A stretch of DNA of 64,000 bases from NCBI RefSeq assembly GCF_009914755.1, contig NC_060932.1. One strand, written 5' to 3'. Below are positions 1 through 19,859 of the stretch, piece after piece. The notes beneath the pieces were generated by a model that searched no databases, was not told the DNA's origin, and saw nothing but the letters and a program-made list of their open reading frames with translations. The position numbers were made by a program, and so were the translations under genes. The first letter of the stretch is position 1. Every line of letters begins with the position of its first letter. Source of the DNA: the human T2T-CHM13v2.0 reference genome, Homo sapiens.

Positions 1-43
1 CCCAAAGTGGTGGGATTACAGGCGTGAGCCACCGTGCCTGGCC
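1..43 (-). mobile_element. Alu 5' end, cut by window edge
   Basis: cccaaagtggtgggattacaggcgtgagccaccgtgcctggcc is the reverse complement of the Alu 5' end. Confidence 0.95.
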
Positions 44-559
44 TCATTCCTTTAGTTGTCTCCAACTGGATGGGCCACATTCATGATGAAGCACTGATAT
101 CAGTTTCTCCTTCTGGAAAATTATGAGGACATGTGCTACAGGGGCTACAAAATGGATCTCTGAGTGGCTACAATTCCTAAGTAGAAGCGAAAATAATTCT
201 GGAAAGATAGACGCTCATGTGTTTGAAAATATATGGCTTAAAATGAAACAGGTCCAGAATGCAAATGCTAGAGGAAGGGTAAATTACATTTCCATATTTT
301 TAATAGCTTTAGCACAATTGGGCATAGATATTTTACTTGATTTTTTGGATAGGTAATACAGTTATGTGATTCAAACAGCAAAAAAAAAAAAAAAAAAAAA
401 ACCAAATCCCCCAATCCCCTTTCTCCCACTAAACACACATAGTTCTTGTTGGTTTTTTTGTTTGTTTCAGAGAAACTATATGCATATAGGAGCAAATAGA
501 GATACATATTTTTTTCTTTCCCCTCCTTTTAAAAATAATTGAAACCATAATCTGTACTT

Positions 560-1200
<641 letters not shown>

Positions 1201-1209
1201 ATTCATTTG

Positions 1210-1576
1210 CTGTGCTACATATACACCATAGAATACTACGCAGCCGTAAAAAAGAACAAGATCATGTCCTTTGCGGCAATATGGGTGGAGCTGGGGCCAT
1301 TATCCTAAGCAAACTAACGCAGCAACAGAAAACCAAATCCTACATGTTCTCACTTATAAGTGGGAGCTAAAAATTGACTACACATGGACACAAAGAAGGG
1401 CACAACAGACACCAGGACCTACTTGAGGATGGAAGGTGGGAGGAGGGTGAGGATCGGAAAACTACTAAACCTATTACTTGGATAATGAAATAATCGGAGC
1501 ACCAAACCCCAGTGACATGCAATGTACTTATATAACAAACCAGCACACGTACCCCTGAACCTAAAAGCTGAAAAAA
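1210..1576 (+). mobile_element. L1PA (old, L1PA13-16-like) 3' end, 5'-truncated
   Basis: atacaccatagaatactacgcagcc...atgttctcacttataagtgggagct...acccctgaacctaaaa; ORF 1176-1370 ends in the L1 ORF2 C-terminus (MFSLISGS). Confidence 0.9.
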
Positions 1577-1780
1577 GATACATGCATTTGTGATTTTCAT
1601 AGCACTGCCAAATGGCCCTTCATAAGGCTGACAACAACTTATCCTCTTACCACTAGTGTTTAAGAGTGTCTGTTTCCCCACTGCCTCACCCAAACACATG
1701 AACAAACTTTTGAAATTATCTTGCTCCAGCAGTCTGTCCTGACTACGTATTCGTGCACTGTTAATTTGTGGTTTCCATGA

Positions 1781-2109
<329 letters not shown>

Positions 2110-2539
2110 AGGAGTCAAGAGTTTATTGTTTGTGTATTTGGTAAGACTATTCCCTAATCATTGCTCTCATTTATAGAACTTTTAAGAAAGTCTCAATTAT
2201 TTCTTTCTTCTGTAGAAAGCTAGGTACCACCTTGACTGGCTCTTCTGGTTGGATGGGTTCTTCACTTCATGCTAGCTGTGGTGAAATCCAAACTCGGGTT
2301 GGCTCCTGAGGAACAAGGAGGCAGTGGAGAGCCACATCGATTCACCTGTGTTCTTGATCTTACAGTGTTCTTCCACTGCTTGTTTATGAGTTCGGTGTAA
2401 ACTAAAGTAAAAGCAACCTAACCCCAACTTTCAATCCCTGTGCAGCGATGCTCTAAGGCGAAATTCACAAACCTTCCACAGTCCAGAAGGTTAGCTTAGG
2501 TCTCTCTTCTAGGCTCCAAAAACACTCTTGAATTCAGCA

Positions 2540-2673
2540 CTTCTACCTGTAGTTATCTCTAATGTCTGCCATCCTCACTAGACCGTAAGCTTCTAGGTCT
2601 GTCCTAGGTTACAATTATATTACCATAGGGCTTCCCACACTATAGGTGCTCAATAAATATTTGTTGACGGATG
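2540..2673 (+). mobile_element. L2 3' end
   Basis: ctagaccgtaagctt...taggtgctcaataaatatttgttga matches the L2 3' terminus. Confidence 0.75.
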
Positions 2674-3313
2674 TCCCCTCCCAAATCATAAAGCTACCAA
2701 ATAGGAGAAATAGGGACTAGAACCCCAAAATTTCCACTCCATTTCAGCACTCTCCTCACTAAACCGCACTGCAACCCTACACCTCAAAAATCACCTCACA
2801 CATAATTAGGAGAGGTATGGGAATTGGTTTCTCTGGAGATTCCTGAGAGCTCAAATTTGTTAACATTCAAAAAGCAGTATCTTATTAGATTTTCAATGAA
2901 AGAAAGTAAAGAAAGGATGGCAGAATGCATGTACCCTATATAGAATGTCTTTTTTTTAACTAGTGATTCTTTGCAAGAAATCTAGGAATTCGTCCAAAAG
3001 GCTTCAGTGATGGGCTACCTAAAATTGGAGAATTGAGAAAAGCTCAAAAAGCTCTGAAATGAAATGATACTATTGTGATACTGTTCCCTTAAAAAAAAAG
3101 AACTGCTTCAGCTACATTGATTTAAAGCATTTGAACGCATATCTAATTACTAATTGATAAACTATGATTTTATAAGTTTCCTCCACAGTGAATGAATCCT
3201 CAAGAATATAATGGTTTATATTATCATCACATCACTAGAAAAGAAAGACTGCATTGCAAGGGAAAGGGGAAGAAGTCTTCTGAGAATAATGAAGCATCCT
3301 AATTAAATTCAGA

Positions 3314-3629
3314 GGCCGAGCGTGGTGGTTCACACCTGTAATCCCAGCACCATGGGAGGCCAAGGCGGGTGGATCACGAGGTCAGCAGTTCGAGACCAGC
3401 CTGGCCAACATGGTGAAACCCCTTCTCTACTAAAAATACAAAAATCAGCCGGGCGTGGTGGCGCATGCCTGTAATCCTAGCTACTCAGGAGACTGAGGCA
3501 GGAGAAGCACTTGAACCCGGGAGGTGGAGGTTGCAGTGACCTGAGATCACACCACTACACTCCGGCCTGGGTGACAGAGCAAGACTCTGTCTCAGAAAAA
3601 AACAAAAACAAAAACAAAAACAAAAAAAC
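3314..3629 (+). mobile_element. AluSg-like
   Basis: Full dimer with the ggatcacgaggtc 2-bp deletion diagnostic and an (aaaaac)n tail. Confidence 0.93.
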
Positions 3630-3632
3630 ACG

Positions 3633-3973
<341 letters not shown>

Positions 3974-4170
3974 TCAAAAGATTAATATTAATAAGTGATA
4001 TTCTCTGCCCTCACAGCTTGCAGGCTGTCGGGAAGAAGGGCGTGCCTGTGAATAACTATGATAAATAGTAAAACATAGTAAGTTCTATGATTGCACTGTT
4101 GGAGCATGCAAGGGAGAGATGAAATCTGAATGGGAGTCCCAGGAGACCCTGAGGAGAAAGAGGTGGCATC

Positions 4171-5100
<930 letters not shown>

Positions 5101-5749
5101 TAAGGGAAAAGAAAGGTTTTTCTCAACCTTCTTTGGGTCAATGATGGATCTGAAAATCAAACTGACAAAGACAGATTAACAGGAATAAAGCATACAATTT
5201 TCTTTAATATGTTTACATAAGGAAATGAAAGCCTAAAGAAACAGTTAAACTTTACTGTTTTTTAATAGGTTTGATGAAGAGTGGACAATTGTGGAGACAT
5301 ATAATAGAGCAAAAAGGGTATGATCTAATGGTAATAAACTGGATAACGCGGTTTTTTTGTTTTTTGTTTTTTTATGAGACGGAGTTTTGCTCTGTCACCC
5401 AGGCCAGAGTGTAGTGGCTCAATCTTGGCTCACTGCAACCCAGGATTCAAGCAATTCTCCTGCCTCAGCCTCTTGAGTGGCTGAGATTACGGGCGTGCAC
5501 CACCACACTCGGCTAATTTTTGTAGTTTTAGTATAAGTGACAGGGTTTTGCCACGTTTGCTAGACTGGTCTCCAACTCCTGATCTCAGGTGATCTGTCCA
5601 CCTTGGCCTCCCAAAGTGCTGGGATTACAGGTGAAAGCCCGCACACCTGGCTTAATGGTAGTAAACTGGAGGAAACTGAACAAGGCCTGTTTGTTCAGAA
5701 TCTTCTCTGTGACCCTTTGTCTTCAGAAATAAGACTGTTCCTTTCTTTT

Positions 5750-5750
<1 letters not shown>
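5101..5750 (-). mobile_element. ERV1 MER4-group LTR (MER39-like), partial, split by Alu
   Basis: gacagattaacaggaataaagcatac...aaaagggtatgatctaatggt; homologous motifs occur in the LTR at 62668-63286. Confidence 0.7.
5352..5651 (-). mobile_element. AluS
   Basis: Reverse Alu dimer; flanking repeat taatggtaRtaaactgga at 5326-5343 and 5653-5670. Confidence 0.93.
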
Positions 5751-6507
<757 letters not shown>

Positions 6508-6589
6508 AGAAAGTATAACATTTCCATATACCATCTTCTTCAAGTTGTTCACATTTTTGCTAGATTTTCTTAATCATTCTTTTTCTCTT

Positions 6590-6894
6590 CCCTCCATGTT
6601 ATTTTTATGAAAATTTTTAGTATAGAATACATGTATCATGAATCATTAGCCCTTAGGTTTCACTGTGTATTTTCATAGAATAATGGTATTTTCTTTTATG
6701 ACTAGAGTACAATTTTAAAATTCAGGAAATGTATATTTGATTCAATGACAGAATCTAATCATTGACAGTTATAGTTTGAGTTATATATGTCACTTCATAG
6801 TAATAATAATAATGTCCTTTAAAGTAATTTTTTATCCCAGCACACATTCATGTCTAGAATACTTTACTGCATTTAGTTGTCATTCTCTTTAGTT
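6590..6894 (-). mobile_element. L1MC-like fragment
   Basis: aaaattcaggaaat...aataatgtccttta...tgcatttagttgtcattctctttagtttc resembles antisense L1MC4. Confidence 0.55.
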
Positions 6895-9800
6895 TCTTTT
6901 TTCAAAAACTTTTAAGTTCAGGGGCACATGTGCAGGTTTGTTTTACGGGTAAACCTGTGTCACAGGAGTTTGTTGTACAGATTATTTCATCACCCAGGTA
7001 TTAAGCCTAGTACCCATTAATTATTTTTCCTTATCCTATTTCTCCTCCCACCCTCTAACTTCTGGTAGGCCCCAGTGTGTGTTGTTCCCCTCTATGTGTC
7101 CATGTGTTCTCATCATTCAGCTCCCACTTATAAGTGAGAACATGTGGTATTCGGTTTTCTGTCCCTCATTAGTTTGCTAAGGATAATGGCCTCCAGCTCC
7201 ATCCATGTTCCTGCAAAGGACATGATCTCACTTTTTTATGGCTGCATAGTATTCCATGGTGTACATGTACCACATTTTCTTTATCCAGTCTACCATTGGT
7301 GGGCATTTAGTATGATTCCATGTCTTTGCTATTGTGAATAGTGCTGCAATGAACATGGTGTTCGTATCTCTCTGTAACAGAATAGTTACTATTCCTCTGG
7401 GTATATACCCAGTAATGGGACTGCTGGGTTGAATGGTAGTTCTGTTTTTAGGTCTTTGAGGAATTGCCACACTATTTTCTACAATGGTTGAATTAATTTA
7501 CAGAAACTAATAAGCATTTCTTTTTCTCTGCAAGCTCTCCAGCATCTGTTATTTTTTGACTTTTTAATAATAATCATTCAATTCTGACTGGTGTGAGATG
7601 GTATCACATTGTGGTTTTGATTGGATTTCTCTAATGATCAGTGAGATTGAGCTTTTTTCTATGCTTGTTGGTTGCATGTATGTCTTCTTTTGAAATGTGT
7701 CTGTTCTTCTCCTTTTTTTACTTTTTAATGGGGTTGTCTGTTTTTTACTTGTAGATTAAGTTCCTTATAGATGCTGGATATTAGACCTTTGTCAGATAAA
7801 TAGTTTGTGGAGATTTTCTCCCATTCTGTAGATTGTCTATTTACTCTGTCGATAGTTTCTCTTGCTGTGTAGAAGCTCTTTACTTTAATTAGATACCATT
7901 TGCCAATTTTTGCTTTTGTTGCAGTTGCTTTTGGTGTCTTCACCACGAAATTTTTGCCTGTTCCTATGTCCAGAGTGGTACTGCCTAGGTTGTCTTCTAG
8001 GGTTTTTATAGTTTTGGGTTTTATATTTAAGTTTTTATTCCATTTTGAGTTGATTTTTGTATATGGTATAAGGAAGGGATCTAGTTTCAATCTTCTGCAT
8101 ATGGCTAGCCAGTTATCCTAGCACCATTTATTGAATAGGGAGTCCTTTCCCCATTGCTTGTTTTTGTCAGTTTTGTCAAACATCAGATAGTTATAGACGT
8201 ACAGCCTTATTTCTGGGCTCTCTATTCTGTTCCATTGGACTATGTGTCTGTTTTTCTGCCAGTACCATGCTGTTTTGGTTACTATAGCCCTGTAGTACAG
8301 GGCTATGCCAGTACCATGCTGTTTTGGTTACTGTAGCCCTTTAGTATAGTTTGAAGTCTGGTAGTGTGATGCCTCCAGCTTTGCTCTTTTTGCTTACGAT
8401 TGCCTTAGGTATTTGGGCTCTTTTTTTTGGTTTCATATGGTTTTAAAATAGTTTTTTCTAATTCTGTGAAGAATGCCGTTAGTAGTTTGGTAGGAATAGC
8501 ATTGAATGTATATGTTGTTTTGGGGAGTATGGCCATTTTATTTTAAGAATATTGATCCTTCCTATTCATGAGCATGGAATGTCTTTCCATTTGTTTGTGT
8601 TATCTTTGATGTCTTTGAGTGGTGTTTTGTAGTTCTCCTTCTACAGGTCTTTCACCTCCCTAGTTAGCTGTATTCCTAGGTATTTTATTTTTTTGTGTGG
8701 TGATTGTGAATGGGATTGCATTCCTGATTTGGCTCCCAGCTTGACTGTTGTTGGTATATAGAAATGCTAGTGAGTTTTGTATGTTGATTTTATATCCTGA
8801 GATGTTGCTGAAGCTTTTTATCTGCTTAAAGAGCTTTTGGGCTAAGACTGTGGGGTTTTCTAGATATAGAATCATGTTGTCTACAAATAGGGATAGTTTG
8901 ACTTCCTCTCTTCCTATTTGGATGCCCTTTATTTCTTTCCCTTGCCTGATAGCTCTGGCTAGAACTTCCAATACTATGTTGAATAGGAGTGGTGAGAGTG
9001 GGCAACCTTGTCATGTCCTGGTTCTCAGGGGGAATGCTTCCAGCTTTTGTCATTCAGTATGATGTTGGCTGTGGGTTTGTCATAGATTGGCTCTTATTAT
9101 TTTGAGGTGTGTTCCTTCAATATCTAGTTTATTGAGACTTTTTAACCTGAAGAAGTGTTAAATTGTATTGAAAGCCATTTCTGCATCTGTTTAGATTATC
9201 ATGTGGTTTCTGTCTTTAGTTCTGTTTATATAATTAATCACATTTACTGATATGTGTATGTTGAGCCAACATTTCATTCCACGAACAAAGCCTACTTGAT
9301 CTGGTGGATTAGCTTTTCGATGTGCTCCTGGATCCAGTTTGCCCATATTTTGTTGAGGATTTTTGCATCGATGTTTATCAAGAATATTGGCTTGAAATTT
9401 TTGTCGTTGTTGTTGTGTCTCTGTGAGGTTTTGGTATCAGAATGATGCTGGCTTCATAGAATGAGTTAGGGAGGAGTCCCTCTCCCTCAATTTTTTTGAA
9501 TAGTTTCAGTAGGAATGGTACCAGCTCTTCTTTGTACATCTAGTAGAATTCAGCAGTCAATCTGTCTGGTCCTGGGCTTTTTTTTGTTTTGTAGGCTATT
9601 TATTTTTGATTCAATTTCAGAGCTCATTATTGGTCTGTTCAGGGATTCAATTTCTTTCTGCTTCAGTCTTGAGAGGGTGTATGTATCCAGAAATTTATCA
9701 ATTTCTTCTGGATTTTCTGGTTTGTGTGTATAGAGGTGTTCATGTTGTTGTCTGATAGTTACTTGTATTTTTGTGGGGTCAGTAGTAATATCCCTTTTGT

Positions 9801-10035
9801 CATTTCTAATTGTGTTTATTTGTATCTTCTCCCTTCTCTTCTTTATTAGTCTAGCTAGCAGTCTATCTATTTTATTAATTTTTTCAAGAAACCAACTTCT
9901 GGATTCATTCATCTTTTGAATTTTTTTGTGTGTCTCAATCTCCTTTAATGCAGCTCTGATTCTGATTATCTTTGTCTTCTGCTAGGTTTGTGGTTGGTTT
10001 GTTCTTGGTTCTCTAGTTCTTTTAGTTGTGATGGA
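6895..10035 (-). mobile_element. L1PA (old, L1PA13-16-like), 5'-truncated, ~3.1 kb
   Basis: Antisense 3'UTR (ttttaagttcaggggcacatgtgcagg) plus ORF2 fragments (ORFs 7725-8090, 8660-8971 with LFVDNM, 9550-9912). Confidence 0.95.
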
Positions 10036-10426
10036 AGTTTATCATAACCCCAGAGATAATGACCTAATGGTCAGTTTTGTGTATATTCCTTCTTTCCGAT
10101 TATTTTCTGTGTATATACCAACTCACACATTATCAAGGTTCATTATTAGATTTCACTAATGTGATTCTATTTTATGTCTTGTTTTGCATACTTTTACATT
10201 TAGCCAATAAAACTTAAATGTGTTTGAAAATACAGCAGAGTAAAAGTGTCCACTATTCTAAGCAATCAGATTTACTTCTTAAGATTTGGAGTTATTGAGC
10301 CAGAGTAGTTAAGCCAGCCAGGAAGAGAGGCAGGAGTTTAAATGGAGCCATAAGTCAATTTGAAAATAAAACAGATTAAAAATGTTGATGTCAATTGCAA
10401 TAAAAAGTATAAAGTATCTAGAAACA

Positions 10427-11465
10427 GGGGTCCATTCCAAGATGGCCAAATAGGAACAGCTCCAGTCTGCAGCTCCCAGTGTGATCGATGCAGAAGACAT
10501 GTGATTTCTGCATTTCCAACTGAGGTACCCGGATCATCTCACTGGGACTGGTTGGACAGTGGGTGCAGCCCACAGAGGGTGAGGCGAAGCAGGTTTGGGC
10601 ATTGCCTCACCTGGGAAGTGCAATGGGTCGGGGGATTTCCCTTTCCTAGCCAAGGGAAGCCATGACATATGGTACCTGGAAAAACAGGACACTTCCGCCC
10701 AAATACGGCACTTTTCCAGTGGTCTTAGCAAATGGCACCCCAGGAGATTATATCCTGCGCCTGGCTCGGCAGGTCCCACACCCATGGAGCCTTGCTCACT
10801 GCTAGCGCAGCAGTCTGAGATTGACCGGCGAGGCAGCAGCCTGGCAGGGTGAGGGGCATCTGCCATTGCTGAGGCTTAAGTAGATAAACAAAGCAGCCAG
10901 AGAAGCTCGAACTAGGTGGAGCCCACTGCACCTCGGCAAGGCCTCTGCCTCTATAGACTCCACATCTGGAGGCAGGGTATAGCTGAACAAAAGGCAGCAG
11001 AAACTTCTGCAGACTTAAACATCCATGTCTGACAGCTCTGAAGAGAGCAGTGGTTCTCCCAGCACAGTGTTTGAGCTCAGAGAATGGACAGACTGCCCCC
11101 TCAAGTAGGTCCCTGACCCCTGTGCAGCCTAAAAGGGAGACACCTCCCAGAAGGGGCTGACTGACACCTCATATAGGTGGGTGCCCCTCTGGGACGAAGC
11201 TTCCAGAGGAAAGATCAGGCAGCAATATTTGCTGTTCTGCAATATTTGCTGTTCTACAGCCTCCACTGGTGATACCCAGGCAAACAGGGTCTGGAGTGGA
11301 CCTCCAGCAAACTCCAACAGACCTGCAGCTGAGGGACCTGACTGTTAGAAGGAAAACTAACAAACACAAAGGAATAGCGTCAACATCAACAAACAGGACA
11401 TCTACACCAAAACCCCATCTGTAGGTCACCAACATCAAAGACCAAAGGTAGATAAAACCAGAAAG
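10427..11465 (+). promoter_or_regulatory. L1 5'UTR internal promoter, including YY1 site CAAGATGGCC at 10438-10447
   Basis: Position and sequence match the L1PA 5'UTR; many CpGs have decayed to TG/CA; activity unknown. Confidence 0.7.
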
Positions 11466-12491
11466 ATGGGGAGAAACCAGAGCAGAAAAGGTGAAAATTC
11501 TAAAAACCAGAGCACCTCTTCTCCTCCAAAGGATCACAGCTCATCACCAGCAATGGAACAAAACTGGACAGAGAATGACTTTGATGAGCTGACAGAAGTA
11601 GGCTTCAGAAGGTTGCTAATAACAAACTTCTCCAAGCTAAAGGAGGATGTTCGAATCCATTGCAAGGAAGCTAAAAACCTTGCAAAAAGATTAGACGAAT
11701 GGCTAACTAGAACAAACAGCATAGAAAAGACCTTAAATGACCAGATGGAGCTGAAAACCATGGCATGAGAACTATGTGACGCATGCACAAACTTCAGTAG
11801 CCGATTCGATCAAGTGGAAGAAAGGGTATCAGTGATTGAAGATCAAATGAACAATATAAAGTGAGAAGAGAAGTTTAGAGAAAAAAGAGTAAAAAGAAAC
11901 AAACAAAGCCTCCAAGAAATATGGGACTATGTGAAAAGACCAAATCTACGTCTGATTGGTGTACCTGAAAGTGACGGGGAGAATGGAACCAAGTTGGAAA
12001 ACACTCTTCAGGATATTATCTAAGAGTACTTCCCCAACCTAGCAAGGCAGGCCAACATTCAAATTCATGAAATACAGACAACACCACAAAGATACTCCTC
12101 GAGAAGAGCAACCCCAAGACACATAATTGTCAGGTACACCAAGGTTGAAATGAAGGAAAAAATGTTAAGGGGAGCCAGAGAGAAAAGTCGGGTTACCCAC
12201 CAAGGGAAGCCCATCAGACTAACAGTGGATCTTTCAGCAGAAACCCCACAAGCCAGAAGAGAGTGGGGGCCAATATACAACATTCTTAAAGAAAAGAATT
12301 TTCAACCCAGAATTTCATATCCAGCCAAACTAAGCTTCATAGGTGAAGGAGAAATAAAATCCTTTAGAGACAAGCCAATGCTGAGAGATTTTGTCACAAC
12401 CAGGCCTGCTTTACAAGAATTCCTGAAGGAAGCACTAAACATAGAAAGGAACAACCGGTACCAGCCACTGCAAAAACACGCCAAATTGTAA
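11466..12491 (+). pseudogene. L1 ORF1p, disrupted by stop codons
   Basis: MGRNQSRK... stops at 11768; the C-terminal piece 12150-12491 ends YQPLQKHAKL. Confidence 0.95.
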
Positions 12492-12554
12492 AGGCCATCG
12501 CTGCTAGGAAGAAACTGCATCAACTAATGGGCAAAATAACCAGCTAACATCATA

Positions 12555-16401
<3,847 letters not shown>

Positions 16402-17249
16402 ACAATGAGAACACTTGGACACAGGAAAGGGAACATCACACACTGGGGCCTGTTGTGGGGTGGGGGGAGTAGGGAGGGATAGCATTAAGAGAGATACCTA
16501 ATGTAAATGACGAGTTAATGGGTGCAGCATGCCAACATGGCACATATGTACATATGTAACAAACCTGCACGTTGTGCATATGTACCCTAGAACTTAAAGT
16601 ATAATAAAGCAAACAAACAAAAAAAAAGAAAACACACTTCAGAATATCGTTAGTGTAGCTGATTAAAGACATATTAAAGACATATGCAAACCCAAAGTAT
16701 AAAATGATGTTTAAATGTGTAGTTATATTTATCACCTTTAAGTAGAAAGGATTTCTCATATAGCTCACAGAAATCGAACAAGTCGTGAAGCTGAAGACTA
16801 ACTAGATGATGAATGGAGAGTGGGAGAAAATATTTGCAGTGTATACAGCAGAGCCAAAGTTTTACCCAGATCATGTAAAAGGCTTCCATCAGAAAAGAAG
16901 ACAAAAGTTCTGATAAAAGAACAAAAGAAAGGAAATTTCCAGAATAAGTAACTACAGATGGCTACTAACATGTGAAAAGACATGCAATATTGCTAGTAAT
17001 TGGGAAAATGCTAATTAAATGAATTAAACGATTGAATGAAATTAAAACAGTAAGACATTCTCACCCAACAGATCATCAAACTGGCAAAATTACAAGTTTG
17101 ATACAATAGTATTGGGAAGATTCAGTGCTGGTGAACATGCAAACTGGTACACATTTCATTATACTGACATTGCTTATGATCCCAAATTCTATTTCTGTTT
17201 CCTAATTCATCTATGTAGGTGCTTCTTGGTCGCACTCATGCATTGAAGG

Positions 17250-17710
17250 ATTCAGAGTAAAATTTCTAAAAAAGCAAGAGGCCATAAGCCTGAGGCTGTC
17301 TCTGTATTTTGAGTTCCTACATAATAAACTGTAATGTAACTTAGTATGTAAACAAAACAAAACAAAACAAAACAAAACAAAACAAAAAAACCTGAAACCT
17401 AACATAGGAGTATATATTTTTTGTAACAGATAGCGGTATTTCAGTCAATCTCAAATAGCCACGCTTCATTCCGCCAATTACAGGTAGCCAGCTGATCACA
17501 CTGTGCCCAAATAAGGCGGATGCCCAGTTGTAGCCAATCAGGTGATATCTGTACTTTGCTTCCATGTCTGGCCTCCAAAAGCTCACGCTGCTAGGCAGAG
17601 CTTTGTGAATCTCTTCTGGTTCTGAGCTGCCCTCTGTTCATTAACTAAATTGTCCTTTACTCATATAAATTCTGTTAAATTTAATCTGTGTAAAGTGTTC
17701 TCGTTTAACA
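17250..17710 (+). mobile_element. ERV1 solo LTR (LTR54/MER57-like) with an internal (aaaac)n expansion
   Basis: gaggccataagcctgaggctgtctc...ccaat repeats, ccaaataagg...ends tttaaca. Confidence 0.75.
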
Positions 17711-18976
17711 ATGGCTAAAGATGTTTATGACAAAAATTTAGCAAAAGTTTAGAAAGTGTACAAATACTTACCAATAAAGGTAAATTATAATCTACCTACA
17801 CCATGCAACAATAAGCAGCATTTTTTAATGGAGATCTTCATAGACTCACATGGAAACATGCCAAAATGTATTGTTGAGTAAAATGTACAATATGATACCT
17901 TTTATAGAAAAGAGTCAAGATACTATATACTTCTATAAGTGCCCATACTAAATGCATTTAAATGCAAAGAAAAAACTGTGGAAGACACTATGCCAAATTT
18001 ATCATGACGGTTTTATCTGAGAAGGAAGGATTAACAACTAAGGAAGATAGTTAAAGGTCAATTTAGCTTGATCTAAATGTCTTAATAGTCTACAAACAAA
18101 AATGATTTATTACATATGTAACTAAATATTAATTTTAAAACATTACCTACAATTATAAGCCAATAAACATATGACCACTATCATCACTTGAACTAGTCCC
18201 TGTAAGTGTATGAGGGGATACAAAAGCACACTCAGAACTTTTTAGAGGGCTCTGAGAGATGTAGTAGGAAGGCATTAAATCTACCCTCAAAACATGACAT
18301 CTCAGTAAAGACTAATCTGGGGTCGGTTGTTATTTTCTATTAGAGCCTATAAGCCTCATATAGCCCTGGGGATGGGGATGGGTCAAAGGGCAAAGATACA
18401 GAGGAAAGGTAAGGAGCAACAGATGGAATATTAGTTATCCGTTATCCGTTATTGCATAACAAGACAAACGTAGTAGCTTAAAACATTTATTACCTCACAG
18501 TTTCCGTGGGTCAGGAATCTGGGTCTTCTCCAAGGCTGAAATAAAGGTGTTCCTTTGGGCTGAAGCATCATCTGAGGCTCAAAGAGGGAAGCCTCTGCTT
18601 CCAAACTCAGGTGCTTGTGGGTAGAAATCAGCTCCTTACAGCTGAAGAACTGGAGACCTCATTTTCTTGCTGGCAGTCAGCTGGAGACCACTGCAGGCTT
18701 GAGGCTGCCCTCAGCTCCTAGAGGCCACCTGTAGTTCTTTGTCACTTGGGGGTTCCCTAACATGGCCACTTTCTTCCTCAAAGCCACTGGGAGTGGGGAG
18801 AGAGACTCCAGCAAGATAGGTGCTTTAAGCTGATGTAATATAATTACAGAATCCCATGTACCTTATCAGTTTTACTATATTCTGTTGATTTGAGGTGAGT
18901 CAGAAGTCACATCCACACTCACGGAGAGGGGATTATACAAAGGCATGAATACCAAGAGGAAGGATCATTAGGGGCC

Positions 18977-19654
18977 TTTTTTTTTTTTTAATTTAAAGAA
19001 AAAAATCGTTGAGAATCTGTAAAACAATTCCTGAAAGATCAAGTTTTCCAGAAAACTAGCTACAAAAATGCATTGTGTTTATCACATTAAAACGTGCATT
19101 AGACCAAACGAAAATCATGAAAGAAGCAACCCTTCTTCAACAATGCAAGCAAAGATAAAATGCCTAAGGGACAACATGGATGGCTTGCAAAGGATGAGCT
19201 CTTTAAGCACCACTTTTCAAAAAATGATCACAAGTAGGTGAGTGTGCTCAGTTACATACACTGAATTGAACTTTTGGCACTAAGAATCAGAGTATTTTAT
19301 TATATCGCACTAACTCATATTATAGAAGTGCATAGTGTGGCCCGGCACAATGGCTCACGGCTATAATCCCAGCACTTTGGGAGGCCAAGGCAGGCGAATC
19401 ACTCGAAGTCAGGAGTTCAAGACCAGCCTGGCCAACATGGCGAACTTCATTTCTACTAAAACTACAAAAATTAGTTGGGCATGGTGGCGCTGTGCCTGTA
19501 ATCCCAGTCACTCGGGAGGCTGAGGCAGGAGGATCGCTTGAACCTAGGAGGCAGATGCGGAGGTTGCAGTGAGCTGAGATACTGCACAACTGCACTCTAG
19601 CCTAGGTGACAGAGTGAGACTCTGTCTCTGAAACATAAAAAAAAGTGCATAGTG
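18977..19654 (-). pseudogene. Processed mRNA retrocopy (3'UTR only), containing an Alu
   Basis: T13 tract at 18977-18989, ~340 bp of non-TE UTR-like sequence, degenerate TSD cattaggggcc (18966-18976)/cattgggagcc (19655-19665), TT/AAAA-type target. Confidence 0.75.
19339..19642 (+). mobile_element. AluS
   Basis: Full dimer; TSD aagtgcatagtg at 19326-19337 and 19643-19654. Confidence 0.95.
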
Positions 19655-19859
19655 CATTGGGAGCCATTTTTAAAGCAACCTACAGCACATGTCTTCTCTT
19701 TTGCTCTGGCATAAACCTAGATATTAATCCTAATATTCAGAGCCATGCCCTATAAGAAAACTTCAGGATTGATAGGAGGGAGAATGAGTGCGGGTCATTC
19801 AAGATGATTATGTTTAGGAGAGAGAGGAGGCAATGGAGAGGAGTATCTTTTAAAAGAAA

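Larger units (their letters stand above)
18428..19688 (-). mobile_element. MLT1 (MaLR) LTR, interrupted by retrocopy 18977-19654
   Basis: gcttaaaacatttattacctcacagtttccgtgggtcaggaatctggg...atgaataccaagagg...cattaggggcc; resumes cattgggagccatttttaaagcaacctaca. Confidence 0.8.

Noticed and set aside
11222-11256. Tandem gcaatatttgctgttct in the L1 5'UTR
   Set aside because: I recall it as a consensus feature of L1PA6-age elements, so it is not locus-specific.
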